Shown: piece by piece, positions 54,801-64,000 of the stretch
How the letters are laid out: every line of letters starts with the position of its first letter
How positions within the stretch are numbered: position 1 is the first letter of the stretch
NCBI GenBank assembly: GCA_020184695.1
Contig: JAANOX010000153.1
Location: 1,093,040 to 1,157,039, forward strand
Origin: Histomonas meleagridis 2922-C6/04-290x
Taxonomy: Eukaryota; Protista; Parabasalia
Length of the DNA: 64,000 nt
Direction of reading: 5' to 3'
Made by a program: the position numbers and the translations under genes
The notes under the pieces: generated by a model
What the model was told of the DNA's origin: nothing
Seen by the model: only the letters and a program-made list of their open reading frames with translations
Database searches by the model: none

Positions 54801-55914
54801 TAAATATTTCATATAATAAACGTAAAGTTATTTCATTTGTTGTGTTACATATTAATGTGTCAAACCAAATTAAAATAAAGTTCTCCATGTCTCCAATGGA
54901 ATCATGTTTGTTGGTGTCAATGATTGGATAATAATCTTTGAAGATGTTAATTACATCTAATAAAATATCATCTTTCGAACTTAAAAATGTACTTAAGTAT
55001 TCAGGATTGGACATTATAAATGAGAAATATTGTAACATTGTAACAAAATCATCAGGTTTTTGATGTGAAAATACTTCACGAGCTATGTCGAGAATAAGGC
55101 GACAATTATATTCGTTCTTAAAGAAGGAGGTCCAATTATGTTCTTTGTTGACTGTGGACATGTTTTTCAAAAATGTTATTATCGTATCATGTAATTGTTC
55201 AGGGGGACCTGACGTAAAACCATAACGAGGAAGAGAGGGCTTCTCCGAGTATTTGTCTGTATACTTTTTATAGATGACATTTAATATATGATAATTTAAT
55301 GAATGTGTACAAAAGTCATTCATGGTGTCCCAATTGGCTACAATAAAGTTTAGGAATGAATTGAGATCTTCAATACATGTGCTTTGGTCTCCAATTTTAT
55401 GGGACGCATCAACTAATGGTTGAAGACCTTTCCCTTGGAATAATTCAGCATTAAAAACTTCTTCATCACCACTGTTAGGTTGAACAAAATGAGTGTATGG
55501 AATAATTAATGCAATAGCTTCTTGAAGATCTGATATTTGTTCTGGTGTTAAAGCCGTTAATAATTTAAAGAATTGTTCAATCATTGGCTTCCTATGTTGA
55601 TCAGGTGTTTCAGGATGGAAAAAGAAACAAAATACCTTGTTCACAAATAAAAGATCACCATCATGAAAATGTGATGATTGAACAAATGGTATTATTTTTC
55701 TGAATGCTTCGTGAATATTCTTAAATTTAGGGTTCTTGCTACGAGTATATCGTGCATTCTTCATTTCTTTGGATTTTTGCTTTGCACATAAATTCATTAA
55801 ATGTTGAAACAAAGCACTCCAGAATCTAGAAAAATCATTCTGGAAAAAAAGCTCCTGATCAAATGTTTTTTCAGAAAGCATTGGCTTGAATAATTCCTTG
55901 AATTCGTCCGGCAT
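51868..55914 (-). CDS. Rap/Ran-GAP domain protein (RalGAP/tuberin-like)
   Basis: C-terminal KIGVVY...FQEFLNGLGW...GFDGGL...EVMFHVAPLLP...KKRHIGNDHIHIIWSE; ATG at 55914 (55935 is TTG). Confidence 0.88.
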   Translation of the reverse strand: MPDEFKELFKPMLSEKTFDQELFFQNDFSRFWSALFQHLMNLCAKQKSKEMKNARYTRSKNPKFKNIHEAFRKIIPFVQSSHFHDGDLLFVNKVFCFFFHPETPDQHRKPMIEQFFKLLTALTPEQISDLQEAIALIIPYTHFVQPNSGDEEVFNAELFQGKGLQPLVDASHKIGDQSTCIEDLNSFLNFIVANWDTMNDFCTHSLNYHILNVIYKKYTDKYSEKPSLPRYGFTSGPPEQLHDTIITFLKNMSTVNKEHNWTSFFKNEYNCRLILDIAREVFSHQKPDDFVTMLQYFSFIMSNPEYLSTFLSSKDDILLDVINIFKDYYPIIDTNKHDSIGDMENFILIWFDTLICNTTNEITLRLLYEIFSDNKNDDDVQLTTKGFILINFLHYLFQKHFWKEEFWSSFTTFLIQNEFLTSVISRYSQYLALYIFPYIFSINPSIYKEVTTSHVTRKKRTKQETPYDYMAENAEIIYNNPTLFAQENVTSFYDDFKKFDPILTKLHIIPLSDNINSQYNDVLNFLKVFNFYSQCETEELQLRAFSPIISFSKMIVELRMLPPGILTEITIPFTLLSNILFNAILLQSNLKIRQMSFDILSSIINIYEMIQYLSFDDFINWYAALIMMMMSIDNKDKQFGLQQAVITIQNEFIGSPILYPIIMALCEDNIFEINQSYISFVSSLPLFDIDVKPIKQFIDTLKVKMNKYSKLYIQNFEKYFEKDHHNLRKRAINLIENLQQTKKWNLILPAYISLISEEFSRPIQDSKLISKMLLNLIEPLNDEEYYCSISSIRSILMYFPKLEKLIPNEYLQFISSLTDITINLNLENLSKSFDLIKLTTEVYIESFSLVKINESYHKFATFLISSVKNKKCSNEIKTLLSNMIDLLATYYGKYPFPQTSSFPTYQKTTIDEHQHNPLFITTKTIIDPTYINEDTVQISSQTQSGHFIWNFKEIDKDFFDENKLDNIELPITDNKDEKIEPSINLNEEKSFVDVFDSLLNEYESYFKDEEFPLDQFPSHENINNSINLINEQFNKSNIKNNQNQTPKYPKPIPNSTNLIAGALTVCGRYPLNHPENMSIVDPKKDNNINALLQKIHKMNHRLGIKIGVVYINQQAQNQNDILSTTFENTSLNFQEFLNGLGWLIDLSTHQGFDGGLSTKNGSIGESSIYYSDFMFEVMFHVAPLLPTTNDDPQQLAKKRHIGNDHIHIIWSEQNKDYDITTITSQFNKAYIIIYPLKCGLYRVDIKWKDELDCYFGPLRYQIITNKKELPSLVRATAIEAMLAFYRTKDATKFSYPQNDIVNSFNEIYLMRIGGGRGERKDPFLPLQSMMKITPSNDKNEKEEINENK

Positions 55915-57004
55915 TTGGAATTTGACACTTTTCAATTATGTAAACTTTTTGATGGAGATATTTGAATGGTGTAATACATTCAATATTACGTTAGATAATC
56001 TTTGTGATTTATTGGAAATAAAGAATTTCTTTCACTTGCTGGACAGGTAAACTGCAAAAACTGATGTTGTTGACAAATATTAAGTTTTCAAATAATAAAT
56101 ATTTCATGATTTGAATAATAATGGGTCTTGCATGAGAAAATCGCACAAAAAATGATTACAAATTAATAAATTTTTAAAATTTTTAAAATGAACTCATTGA
56201 GATGTAAAATTATAAAAAAAATTAATTGTAGAATATAAAAACATTGTTTTGGGAAAATAAGTTAATTTGTTAAGTTTAAATAGAATTATGATCTAATACA
56301 TTTTGGTATATTCTAATATTGGAATAATAAATAGTAATTTTGATGTCAAGGAATAAATATAAAATAGGAAAGGAAAAAGTAAAAAGTAATTATCATCCCA
56401 TATATATGATCATGTCATCTTTACAACTTATAAAAAAAGCATTATAATATATATGATATGATGACATCATATGGGATTATTTAATTATATGTTGGTTATT
56501 ATTTTTTAATTTTAATTATTTGTAGCAAAAAATGAATATTTCAAAAATTAACAACGTTTTTCGGCGATAAAATACATATGTATATATATTTTTATTTTGA
56601 AACTAAAACTATTTACAATATTCATAAAATATCTGTTTTAAGTTGTGCTAAAAATAAATCTCTAAAATAAAACAGGTCTCCACTTTATATCATTTTTTAC
56701 ATCAAATTATATATATATATAAAATATATAAAATGGAAATATGAAAAATTTGAACTAATTTTTTCCGACTAGGTTTCGGACTCTCAAACTCAATATGATA
56801 TAAAATCCACCATAAATTAATTATGAGCGACTAAATTTTTAAACAAAATCAATTAAAAATTATATTTCATGTGTTTTTAAACTTTTGTGATTTAAAATAT
56901 AAATTAGAATATAACTCAAGGAATGCTTCCATATGGAATAAAAAAAAGATAAAAAATTATTCTTGAAACATGTTTCGACAGAACCCGTTAATTCATAGAA
57001 ACGT

Positions 57005-57564
57005 ATGGGGTGCAATAACTCAACTCGGGTTGCACTCGATAATATTAATCAAGAACCTTATCACATTGCAGTTCTTGGTCATCAAGAATCAGGAAAGAGT
57101 TCTATTTTGGAATATCTTGCTGGTGAATATGTATTTTTATTTTTTAATTCCAGGATCCATCAAATCCACCAATACGCACTAATGGTGTTTTAATCCGCAG
57201 TATCGTTATCAGAGGAATTAAATATAGGTTTTACGATGTTAGTGGAGTTTATTCAAAGCTTGAAGATTGGGAAGAAATAATTAAGAAATGCGACGGCGTT
57301 ATACTTGTGTGTGATGGCAATATTGTTTTTTCTGTTTCACAATATATTAATGATTATTTTGAAAAATGTTCAAGATTTATTAATCAGTATAAACTTCCAA
57401 CTTATATAATAATGACAAAAACAGATGATCAAAGAGCTTTTGCACGAATCAAAGAAATTACGCAACAATTCATTAAAAGTATTGTTGAGTATTTGATTTT
57501 CCCAAATCTCAATGACTCGATATTTGATGTATTTAACTGGTTCGAAGATACAATAGACATATAA
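57005..57564 (+). CDS. Arf/Arl-like small GTPase, two exons (57005-57130, 57154-57564), 178 aa
   Basis: MGC N-terminus, G1 GHQESGKS, G3 DVSG, G4-like TKTD; exons join in frame (LAGEY|DPSNPP) after removing a 23-nt intron. Confidence 0.85.
57131..57153 (+). other. 23-nt GT-AG spliceosomal intron
   Basis: GTATTTTTATTTTTTAATTCCAG; removal fuses two ORF-track fragments into one GTPase. Confidence 0.85.
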
Positions 57565-57944
57565 ATAAGATAATTATCATAATTCCAATTGAAAAAAATG
57601 AAATTCATATTTGCAATTTTAAAATTAAAACAAAGCAAAACACAAAAACTTGCCTTACGAATGGAATTCTTTTTCGATTTTTAAGTTCTTCAAAAACTTA
57701 TCAATCAAAATCTCAATAGCGAAACGGTAAATCCAATACTTGCCAGAGATTTAAACATCAAGCTTGCTACAAATAGAAAAAAACACGGAAATTATCCAGC
57801 AAAACGACACATTTTTTCACCATAAATTTCAGAGAACTGACCACTGTTATCTTTATCGTTTTTTTCTGAACACCTTCAGAAAAAGTTGTTTAAACACATT
57901 AATACGCTCAAATCTCATTGAAAATAACCGATTTTGTACAACCA

Positions 57945-59372
57945 ATGGATTTAGGTAAAGACCCATTAGGAAAACTCATTTTAAAGCTAGCAATACCTGC
58001 TGTTATTGCTCAAGTAGTTAACCTTCTTTATAACCTTGTAGATAGAATGTTTGTAGGTCGTATTTCAGGAATTGGTACAGATGCATTAGCCGGTCTTGGT
58101 ATCTGTTTCCCTATCACACTTGTAGCCAGTGCCTTTAGCCGCCTTGCTGGCATGGGTGGCTCACCTCTAGCCAGCATTAAAATGGGCGAAGGAAATTTAC
58201 AAGAAGCTAATATTCTCTTTAACCAAAGTGTTTGTACTTTATTTTTCTTAGGTATTATTCTCACCATTATTCTAATTTTTGCAGGTGATTGGCTAATTGA
58301 TGTATTTGGATGTCCAGCATCAGCTTTTCCATATGCACAACAATACCTTCGTATCTATGCCTTAGGGACAATCTTTATTACTCTTTCATTAGGTCTTAAT
58401 CCATTTATTACCGCACAAGGATTTAGTTTAATTGCAATGTTAACGGTCTTAATCGGAGCCATCCTTAACATTGGCCTCTGTCCATTGTTTATCTATGTGT
58501 TTAAGATGCAAGTTCGAGGCTCGGCACTTGCCACAGTCATATCGCAAGGCGTCAGTGCCATTTGGGCGTTTTCTTTCTTCTTTCGTAAGAAGTCCAAATT
58601 ACATTATAACATTCGCCACTTTATTCCAAGTTGGTCACGTCTTGGACGAATTTTGTTATTAGGTTTATCACCATTTATTATGTCAGCTACAGAGAGCGCA
58701 GTCCAAATTGTCTTTAATGTAACAATCCGAAAATATTCGCATAACAACAGTGCTTATTCAGCAGCGTTAACCATTATGCTTACAGCCATACAAATCATCT
58801 CGAACCCATTAAGTGGATTAGGGTCAGGTGTACAACCTGTTGTTAGTTATAATTATGGAAGTGGTGATGCAGAACGCGTCAAGAAATCAGTTATCTATTG
58901 TACAATTGCAGCACTTATCTTTTGTGTTATTGTGTGGGTGTTATCATTAGCATATCCTGCGCTATATGGTTATATCTTTGGCGTTGAACCTGAGGTTATG
59001 GTCATCATTAAGAAGTTCACTCCGATATTTATGATGGGCTCAATAATGTTTTTTGCGCAAATGACATTACAAAGTATTAATGTCGCTTTGAATCAAGCCG
59101 GAATTTCAATATTTTTGGCGTGCTTAAGGAAAATAATTTTGTTGATTCCACTTTGCTTTTTGTTGCCGTTGGCTATGGGTATAAATGGTGTGTTTTATAG
59201 TGAGGGCATATCTGATCTTGTGGCAGGAATAACAACTTTTGTGTTGTTTTTGGTGATGTTCCCACGAATTATGAAAAAGAGAAAAGAGGAATTAGAGAAA
59301 ATGAGGACAATGGAAATTAATAGTTACACGCAGCCTTTAAATAGTGATCAATTGGTATCAAATGAGGCTTAA
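57945..59372 (+). CDS. MATE family efflux transporter (MepA-like)
   Basis: LGKDPLGKLILKLAIPAVIAQVVNLLYNLVDRMFVG, GLGSGVQPVVSYNYGSG; about 12 hydrophobic segments; ATG at 57945. Confidence 0.92.
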   Translation: MDLGKDPLGKLILKLAIPAVIAQVVNLLYNLVDRMFVGRISGIGTDALAGLGICFPITLVASAFSRLAGMGGSPLASIKMGEGNLQEANILFNQSVCTLFFLGIILTIILIFAGDWLIDVFGCPASAFPYAQQYLRIYALGTIFITLSLGLNPFITAQGFSLIAMLTVLIGAILNIGLCPLFIYVFKMQVRGSALATVISQGVSAIWAFSFFFRKKSKLHYNIRHFIPSWSRLGRILLLGLSPFIMSATESAVQIVFNVTIRKYSHNNSAYSAALTIMLTAIQIISNPLSGLGSGVQPVVSYNYGSGDAERVKKSVIYCTIAALIFCVIVWVLSLAYPALYGYIFGVEPEVMVIIKKFTPIFMMGSIMFFAQMTLQSINVALNQAGISIFLACLRKIILLIPLCFLLPLAMGINGVFYSEGISDLVAGITTFVLFLVMFPRIMKKRKEELEKMRTMEINSYTQPLNSDQLVSNEA

Positions 59373-59563
59373 GAACAATCATAAAATAGAATAAAATGTT
59401 ATTTGAAGTATTATGTATTTACCCTATAACCGATAAAAAATGGTAATTTCCAATTTTCAAAAATACGATCAAGAAACTCTCAAAAAGAACCTCAAAAAAA
59501 AGTGCCGCGTCTTTGGTCGTTCAAATTAGCCGTTTTTTTCTATGCATTATATCACATCCGAAC

Positions 59564-60010
59564 ATGTCCAGTGAAGAAGCAACAAAAGAAACACCTGAGG
59601 CCCAACCAAATGAGGAACAACAGGCTGAAACCACCATCCACATCGGAAACCTGAGTTGGAACGTCACCGAAGATCAACTCCGCGATGCTTTCGCCGAATT
59701 TGGTAACATCATCGAAACCCGTATCCCAAGAGATAATAGAAACCGTTCCCGTGGATTCGGTTTTGTTCATTTTGAAAAAGAAGAATCTGTCCAAAAGGCT
59801 ATTGATGGAATGAACGAAAAGGAAATAGACGGACGTGCAGTCAGTGTTAGTGTTTCTAAAAAGCGTAACCATGATGGCGATCGCCGTGGTGGTGATCGTT
59901 ATAATGATCGTAGAGGTGATAGATATGGCGATCGTCGTGGCGGAGACAGATATGGTGATCGTAGAGGTGGTTACGAACGTCGTGGTGGTAGAGGCCGTGA
60001 TGACTACTAA
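59564..60010 (+). CDS. RRM protein with RGG/RD-rich tail
   Basis: RNP2 IHIGNL, RNP1 RGFGFVHF, DRRGGDRY repeats; ATG at 59564. Confidence 0.92.
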   Translation: MSSEEATKETPEAQPNEEQQAETTIHIGNLSWNVTEDQLRDAFAEFGNIIETRIPRDNRNRSRGFGFVHFEKEESVQKAIDGMNEKEIDGRAVSVSVSKKRNHDGDRRGGDRYNDRRGDRYGDRRGGDRYGDRRGGYERRGGRGRDDY

Positions 60011-60341
60011 ATTTTCAGACATATTGTCCCAAAATGGTTCATTTTAATTTTTATAACAGGTCCCGAAAGAAAAACGTACTTTACTACGATGCTTCCGAAC
60101 CCTTGTTAGTTGTGTTATTTGGCTTAACAAAAATGTTACTGAGTGATCAAATTGTAATTCTGATTGAACATAGATGGTTTTGATCAAGGAAAAAAAATTG
60201 TTTTCTTGTGATATAACCTATAGATAGAGATAGAAATAAAGAATATATAGATTTTATGAATTTATAAAAAGGGTTTTAAACAACCGTTTGGACAAATATT
60301 ATCACAAAAAGTTGCTTGTGGCTGTGCATTAAATCCAAAAA

Positions 60342-61181
60342 ATGGAAGAAGAATCAATAAATGAACAAAATGAACAAAATGAAGAGGTGATTCCACAAGA
60401 AATTGAATTATGCCCAAGATGTGATGTTCCTTTATGTTATTGTAAGTTTTTTGGACATACCAAAGTAACTAAAGAAAATGGTGAAGTTGAAGATGAAGTT
60501 CATGAAGTAGTACAAAAGAAGAAGAAAGGTGGAAATGGAAACAAAAAAGAAAAGCAAGATATACAAGTAATTGTTAAATCAAGAACTAAGAAAAAGAGGA
60601 CAACAACAATATGTAACTTGGAAGATTGGGGTATTGATGTTAAAGACTTTTCTAAACAAATTGCAAAGAAGATGGCAATTGGGTGCTCAACACAAAAATC
60701 ACCAACAGGCACTTTACAAATTGTTATTCAAGGAGATGCTGGTCAACAAGTTTGTGAAATACTTATTAAACAAATGAAAATACCTAAAGCAAACATCAAG
60801 GCAATCCGAAAAGAAAAGAAAGAACCTGTTGAAGATCCAAATCAACCACCTCCACAAGCAAACGTTGGAAAGGAATTAGAGAGTGATAGTGAGCATGACG
60901 ATGAACCATCCAAGGAAGATGATGAAGAGCATGAAAAGCCACCAAAGCCTAAGAAGCAAAATAATCAACATAATAATAATCAACATAACAACAATCAACA
61001 CAATAATAACCAGCATAATAACCAACATAATAACCAGCATAATAACCAACATAATAACAATAATCAGAAAAAAGAAGCACCAAACCATGGAAATAATAAT
61101 AACAAGCACCCAGCAGGAAACAAAGGTCGTGGCAACAACAATAATAACAGAGGTGGTAAGCCAAAAGGCAGAAGGAATTAA
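60342..61181 (+). CDS. DENR: DENR/Tma22-like translation reinitiation factor (SUI1 domain)
   Basis: N-terminal C-x2-C-x4-YC motif (CPRCDVPLCYC), RTKKKRTTTI, FSKQIAKKMAIGCS, IVIQGD. Confidence 0.8.
   Translation: MEEESINEQNEQNEEVIPQEIELCPRCDVPLCYCKFFGHTKVTKENGEVEDEVHEVVQKKKKGGNGNKKEKQDIQVIVKSRTKKKRTTTICNLEDWGIDVKDFSKQIAKKMAIGCSTQKSPTGTLQIVIQGDAGQQVCEILIKQMKIPKANIKAIRKEKKEPVEDPNQPPPQANVGKELESDSEHDDEPSKEDDEEHEKPPKPKKQNNQHNNNQHNNNQHNNNQHNNQHNNQHNNQHNNNNQKKEAPNHGNNNNKHPAGNKGRGNNNNNRGGKPKGRRN
60966..61062 (+). repeat. Coding microsatellite (QHNN/QHNNN)x7
   Basis: CA(A/G)CA(T/C)AA(T/C)AA(T/C) units of 12-15 nt inside DENR. Confidence 0.9.
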
Positions 61182-61355
61182 AAAGTTAAAAAATTGATTT
61201 TTTAATAATTCTTATCCTTTAAAAAATGAATTATCATTGAGTTCATTAACCTTTTGTTGCATATGCTCTATAATGTACACTACATTAGATCATTGCATAA
61301 AAAGAAGGTCGTCACATACGATAAAAAATCCCGCTAAAGGTGATTTTGGGTTTAA

Positions 61356-62711
61356 ATGCGGATTACGGTTACCACAGAAATGATTGAACGCAAAGCCATT
61401 GAATCGGAATTGAGCGTGCGGTTATTCTCTGATTTGACCCGCAATCCGTGTTTAAAAAGTGACAGTAGGATGTCGGCCATCGACGACGGCCTTGTGGATC
61501 AGAAGCTTCTTGATTCCGGTACGGAACTCACATCAATCTCTGAAGCTAAAAAGGAAAATAAAACTTATTGGGTTGGCTTTTTAATTACGCTTCCAGTTTT
61601 CATGGGCTATGCTTGTTGCTTCTCACTTCAAAGAAACTTATCATTTGTTTTCGGTCTCACTGAAGGTGTCTCAGGTACAAAGACATCATATCTCTTTGGC
61701 CTTGCTTGCTCTTTTGTTTATTTATTCAATCTTATTTTCCGTGTTTTAGGACACAATATTGTATTTGGCTGTCTCCATCCAAAGGACCGTGTAATTGCAG
61801 CACTTTCATCAACCATTATTGGTATGATTCTTTTATCAATAATATCATTCCAAAAGCCAAAGCAAAACGTAGTTTGGGTTTTCATTACCTATGCTTTTGT
61901 TGGTGTTTGCGAAGGTTCATATGGTCCAAACATGCTTAACATTGTCAACGATTTAGGCAATACACGATTATATGTCGTTCTTGCCATGCCCACAGGTGTT
62001 GCTCTTATCACTCTTGGTGCATTTGGACTTATGGCCTTGGGTGTACCCTTCCAATACTTCTATATTACCACAGCCGTTCTTGCCGGATTAGCAATTATTC
62101 TCTATCTCTTCACAATATATCCTGCAGTCAAGCGCATTGCAGCTGAGAATCATCACGCCGAGTTTAATTTAAGTGATTTCTGGAATGATTGCAAACATAT
62201 CAAAGAATGGTTCCCAAAGATATGGGTTCATTCACTCATATTCTTTGTCAACATGATATGCTTAGGTCTCTTTAACCCGGGCTGTACATTATATGCATAT
62301 CAATCACGTGTCACATTGCAATTGTTTGGCGGCGTCACCATTTCGCACGATTTATTCCTTTGTCTATATAATCTCGGAGGATTTTTAGGAGATTATATAT
62401 CACGTAAGGTCATGAACAATAAGAGGATCATCCATCCTATCTTTTATTTCTTTTTGTTATTATTTGGATTTGCGATTAACATCTCATTAATCCCAGAAAT
62501 CGCGCCATTTGCTGCGTTCTCTTTCATGTGGGCTAATGGCGGTTTATATGTCCAGTCAACAAAATTGATCGGTGAAATCTTTAGAGAAAAATACCACTTA
62601 ACTGCAACTAGTACATGGTTGTTCATCGGCGATGGCGGATCTTTCCTCGGATCTAACTTGGTGCAGCTTGTTAGGCCATCAATCGCTAAATTAAGAGCAA
62701 TGATGTATTAA
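61356..62711 (+). CDS. Multi-pass membrane protein, CLN3/battenin or MFS-like
   Basis: About 10-11 hydrophobic segments, VGVCEGSYGP, YNLGGFLGDYISR, terminal WLFIGDGGSFLGS; start may be the ATG at 61470. Confidence 0.55.
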   Translation: MRITVTTEMIERKAIESELSVRLFSDLTRNPCLKSDSRMSAIDDGLVDQKLLDSGTELTSISEAKKENKTYWVGFLITLPVFMGYACCFSLQRNLSFVFGLTEGVSGTKTSYLFGLACSFVYLFNLIFRVLGHNIVFGCLHPKDRVIAALSSTIIGMILLSIISFQKPKQNVVWVFITYAFVGVCEGSYGPNMLNIVNDLGNTRLYVVLAMPTGVALITLGAFGLMALGVPFQYFYITTAVLAGLAIILYLFTIYPAVKRIAAENHHAEFNLSDFWNDCKHIKEWFPKIWVHSLIFFVNMICLGLFNPGCTLYAYQSRVTLQLFGGVTISHDLFLCLYNLGGFLGDYISRKVMNNKRIIHPIFYFFLLLFGFAINISLIPEIAPFAAFSFMWANGGLYVQSTKLIGEIFREKYHLTATSTWLFIGDGGSFLGSNLVQLVRPSIAKLRAMMY

Positions 62712-63577
62712 ATCATAAAGTAAACAAGAAGAAAATCATAAAATATACAAATTTCTTCTTATTGTGAAACTACTTTTCTTTAGAAAGACAATAAATATTA
62801 TGAAAAAACATAAAATGGATGTAAAAATGTGTTTTAAATGAACTTTGCACATTATCTTTTGAAGTTTTGGTGGTTCCAAAAAGTATTTACTGTCCAACCC
62901 GAATATTTCTTGAAAACACAGTAAATGTTAATAATATTTTTACTATAACTATGTGTCTTTGTTATAGTTTTGTAATATTAAATAAGATTTGTGATTTTTC
63001 GAATCATAATATTCTTATGATTTGAAGATTAATTAAAATTGATAGTAGTTCTAATAAACATTTGTCCCTTGTTCGTGTACATGAGAATGAAATGCCTTAT
63101 ATGGCTAATTTTCTTTCAGTAATAGTTACGTGTAAATTCCTATTGTCTGAGGGTGAAATTCTGGATTTATGACGTGTATATTATGTACTTTTTGAATCAA
63201 TTTGATTCAATTTTTGACGAAGATTCAATGCGTAGATTTGGGTCAGGTTAAAATTTATTACAATATTCGACATTCAAATTGATTACGGTTGTATTCAATT
63301 TCTCATTTGACTCAACTTTTTATTCAAATTTAAAGCTTTTTCTGGGTAAAGTTAACTGATCGAATAAAATTGTATCCATTTTTATCGGCAGATGAACTAT
63401 CATCCAGAAACAAATGACATGTATACAAAATTGATTAAATAAGATTTGTGATTGCGCATAAACCGTTAATAGTTATTCATTGCCATTGAATTGGAATTCA
63501 GAACTGAAAAACATATTCAAAAAATCATACAAAATCCACAATTTATTGAGGGATTCTTGAGGATGTCCCTAAGCAAA

Positions 63578-64000
63578 TCATACAGTATCTGGAAGCTTAT
63601 TCAAGAAGTTATTGATCTGGAAAAAGCATAAAGGGTCAAATTGGGGTTCATCTTTGTTTTGATCATCTTTTAATACTTTATCTTTCTTTGGAATTTTCAT
63701 CATAAAGTCAGATGAACTCTTAGTTATCAATCTTCCACAATAGTGAAAATCTTCCACCGAGTTCACATTCAGGTTCAATATTTTCATCTTCCTCGTAATA
63801 GAATTCCACCTATTTTTAACATTATTGAGGGACCGATTATGAAAACACTTACAGATAATTGACCACTTAGGACCAAGTATATTATATTTTTCAAATAATA
63901 TATGATCTTCTTCAGGAGTCCATGGAGAACGATTCACACCCGGACACAAATAAAATTTCCACCTTTCCCTACATTGTCTTGCGCTTCTTGTATTCATTTT
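63578..64000 (-). CDS. Myb-like DNA-binding protein, 5' end beyond window
   Basis: RSARQCRERWKFYLCPGVNRSPWTPEEDHILFEKYNILGPKWSII...NNVKNRWNS; the frame is open to the window edge. Confidence 0.9.
   Translation of the reverse strand, partial: KMNTRSARQCRERWKFYLCPGVNRSPWTPEEDHILFEKYNILGPKWSIICKCFHNRSLNNVKNRWNSITRKMKILNLNVNSVEDFHYCGRLITKSSSDFMMKIPKKDKVLKDDQNKDEPQFDPLCFFQINNFLNKLPDTV

Noticed and set aside
55936-57004. 1-kb extremely AT-rich intergenic stretch with small palindromes
   Set aside because: Short inverted repeats are expected at this composition; no element structure is visible.
59552-61197. Antisense and alternative-frame ORFs over the RRM and DENR genes
   Set aside because: By-products of low-complexity repeats; the same applies to shadow ORFs inside SPAG6, NAA15, the giant gene and Rap-GAP.
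63142-63174. 33-mer ATTGTCTGAGGGTGAAATTCTGGATTTATGACG resembling a conserved 18S rRNA segment
   Set aside because: The similarity stops on both sides, needs indels, and lies in a ~44-codon open stretch; most likely chance or a coding relic.

Overview
AT-rich, gene-dense, nearly intron-free eukaryotic DNA, almost certainly from a parabasalid protist (Trichomonas/Tritrichomonas/Histomonas-like). This rests on BspA/TpLRR proteins, a DUF3447-type ankyrin gene, small Myb genes, TCA(T/C)TT initiator motifs and histone sequences; the species cannot be assigned from the sequence alone. Recognisable genes: RPT6, tRNA-Thr(UGU), SPAG6/PF16, NAA15, a one-domain cation channel, two broken BspA genes plus a BspA relic, two Myb genes, a short MED14, IFT52, a HEAT protein, a Rab pseudogene, H2A/H2B, ASF1, a 4941-aa multi-FERM protein, a DOCK GEF, SCAR/WAVE, a Rap-GAP protein, an Arf-like GTPase, a bacterial-type MATE, an RRM protein, DENR and a CLN3-like protein. 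Two hidden 23-24 nt GT-AG introns repair ASF1 and the Arf-like gene. The main candidate for an undescribed system is in the ankyrin genes. At 1-2419, and independently at 48595-48842 on the other strand, stop-free ankyrin modules are interrupted at the D-x-x-G-x-T hairpin by AT-rich inserts with no consistent GT-AG ends and no ACTAAC branch site. Twelve of 14 inserts in the first locus are exactly 80 nt. Most inserts hide the missing Gly codon exactly 23 nt before the next Thr codon, followed by one codon and a 17-nt tail. This suggests an unrecognised excision, splicing or recoding mechanism, but that remains inference until RNA or protein data are examined.
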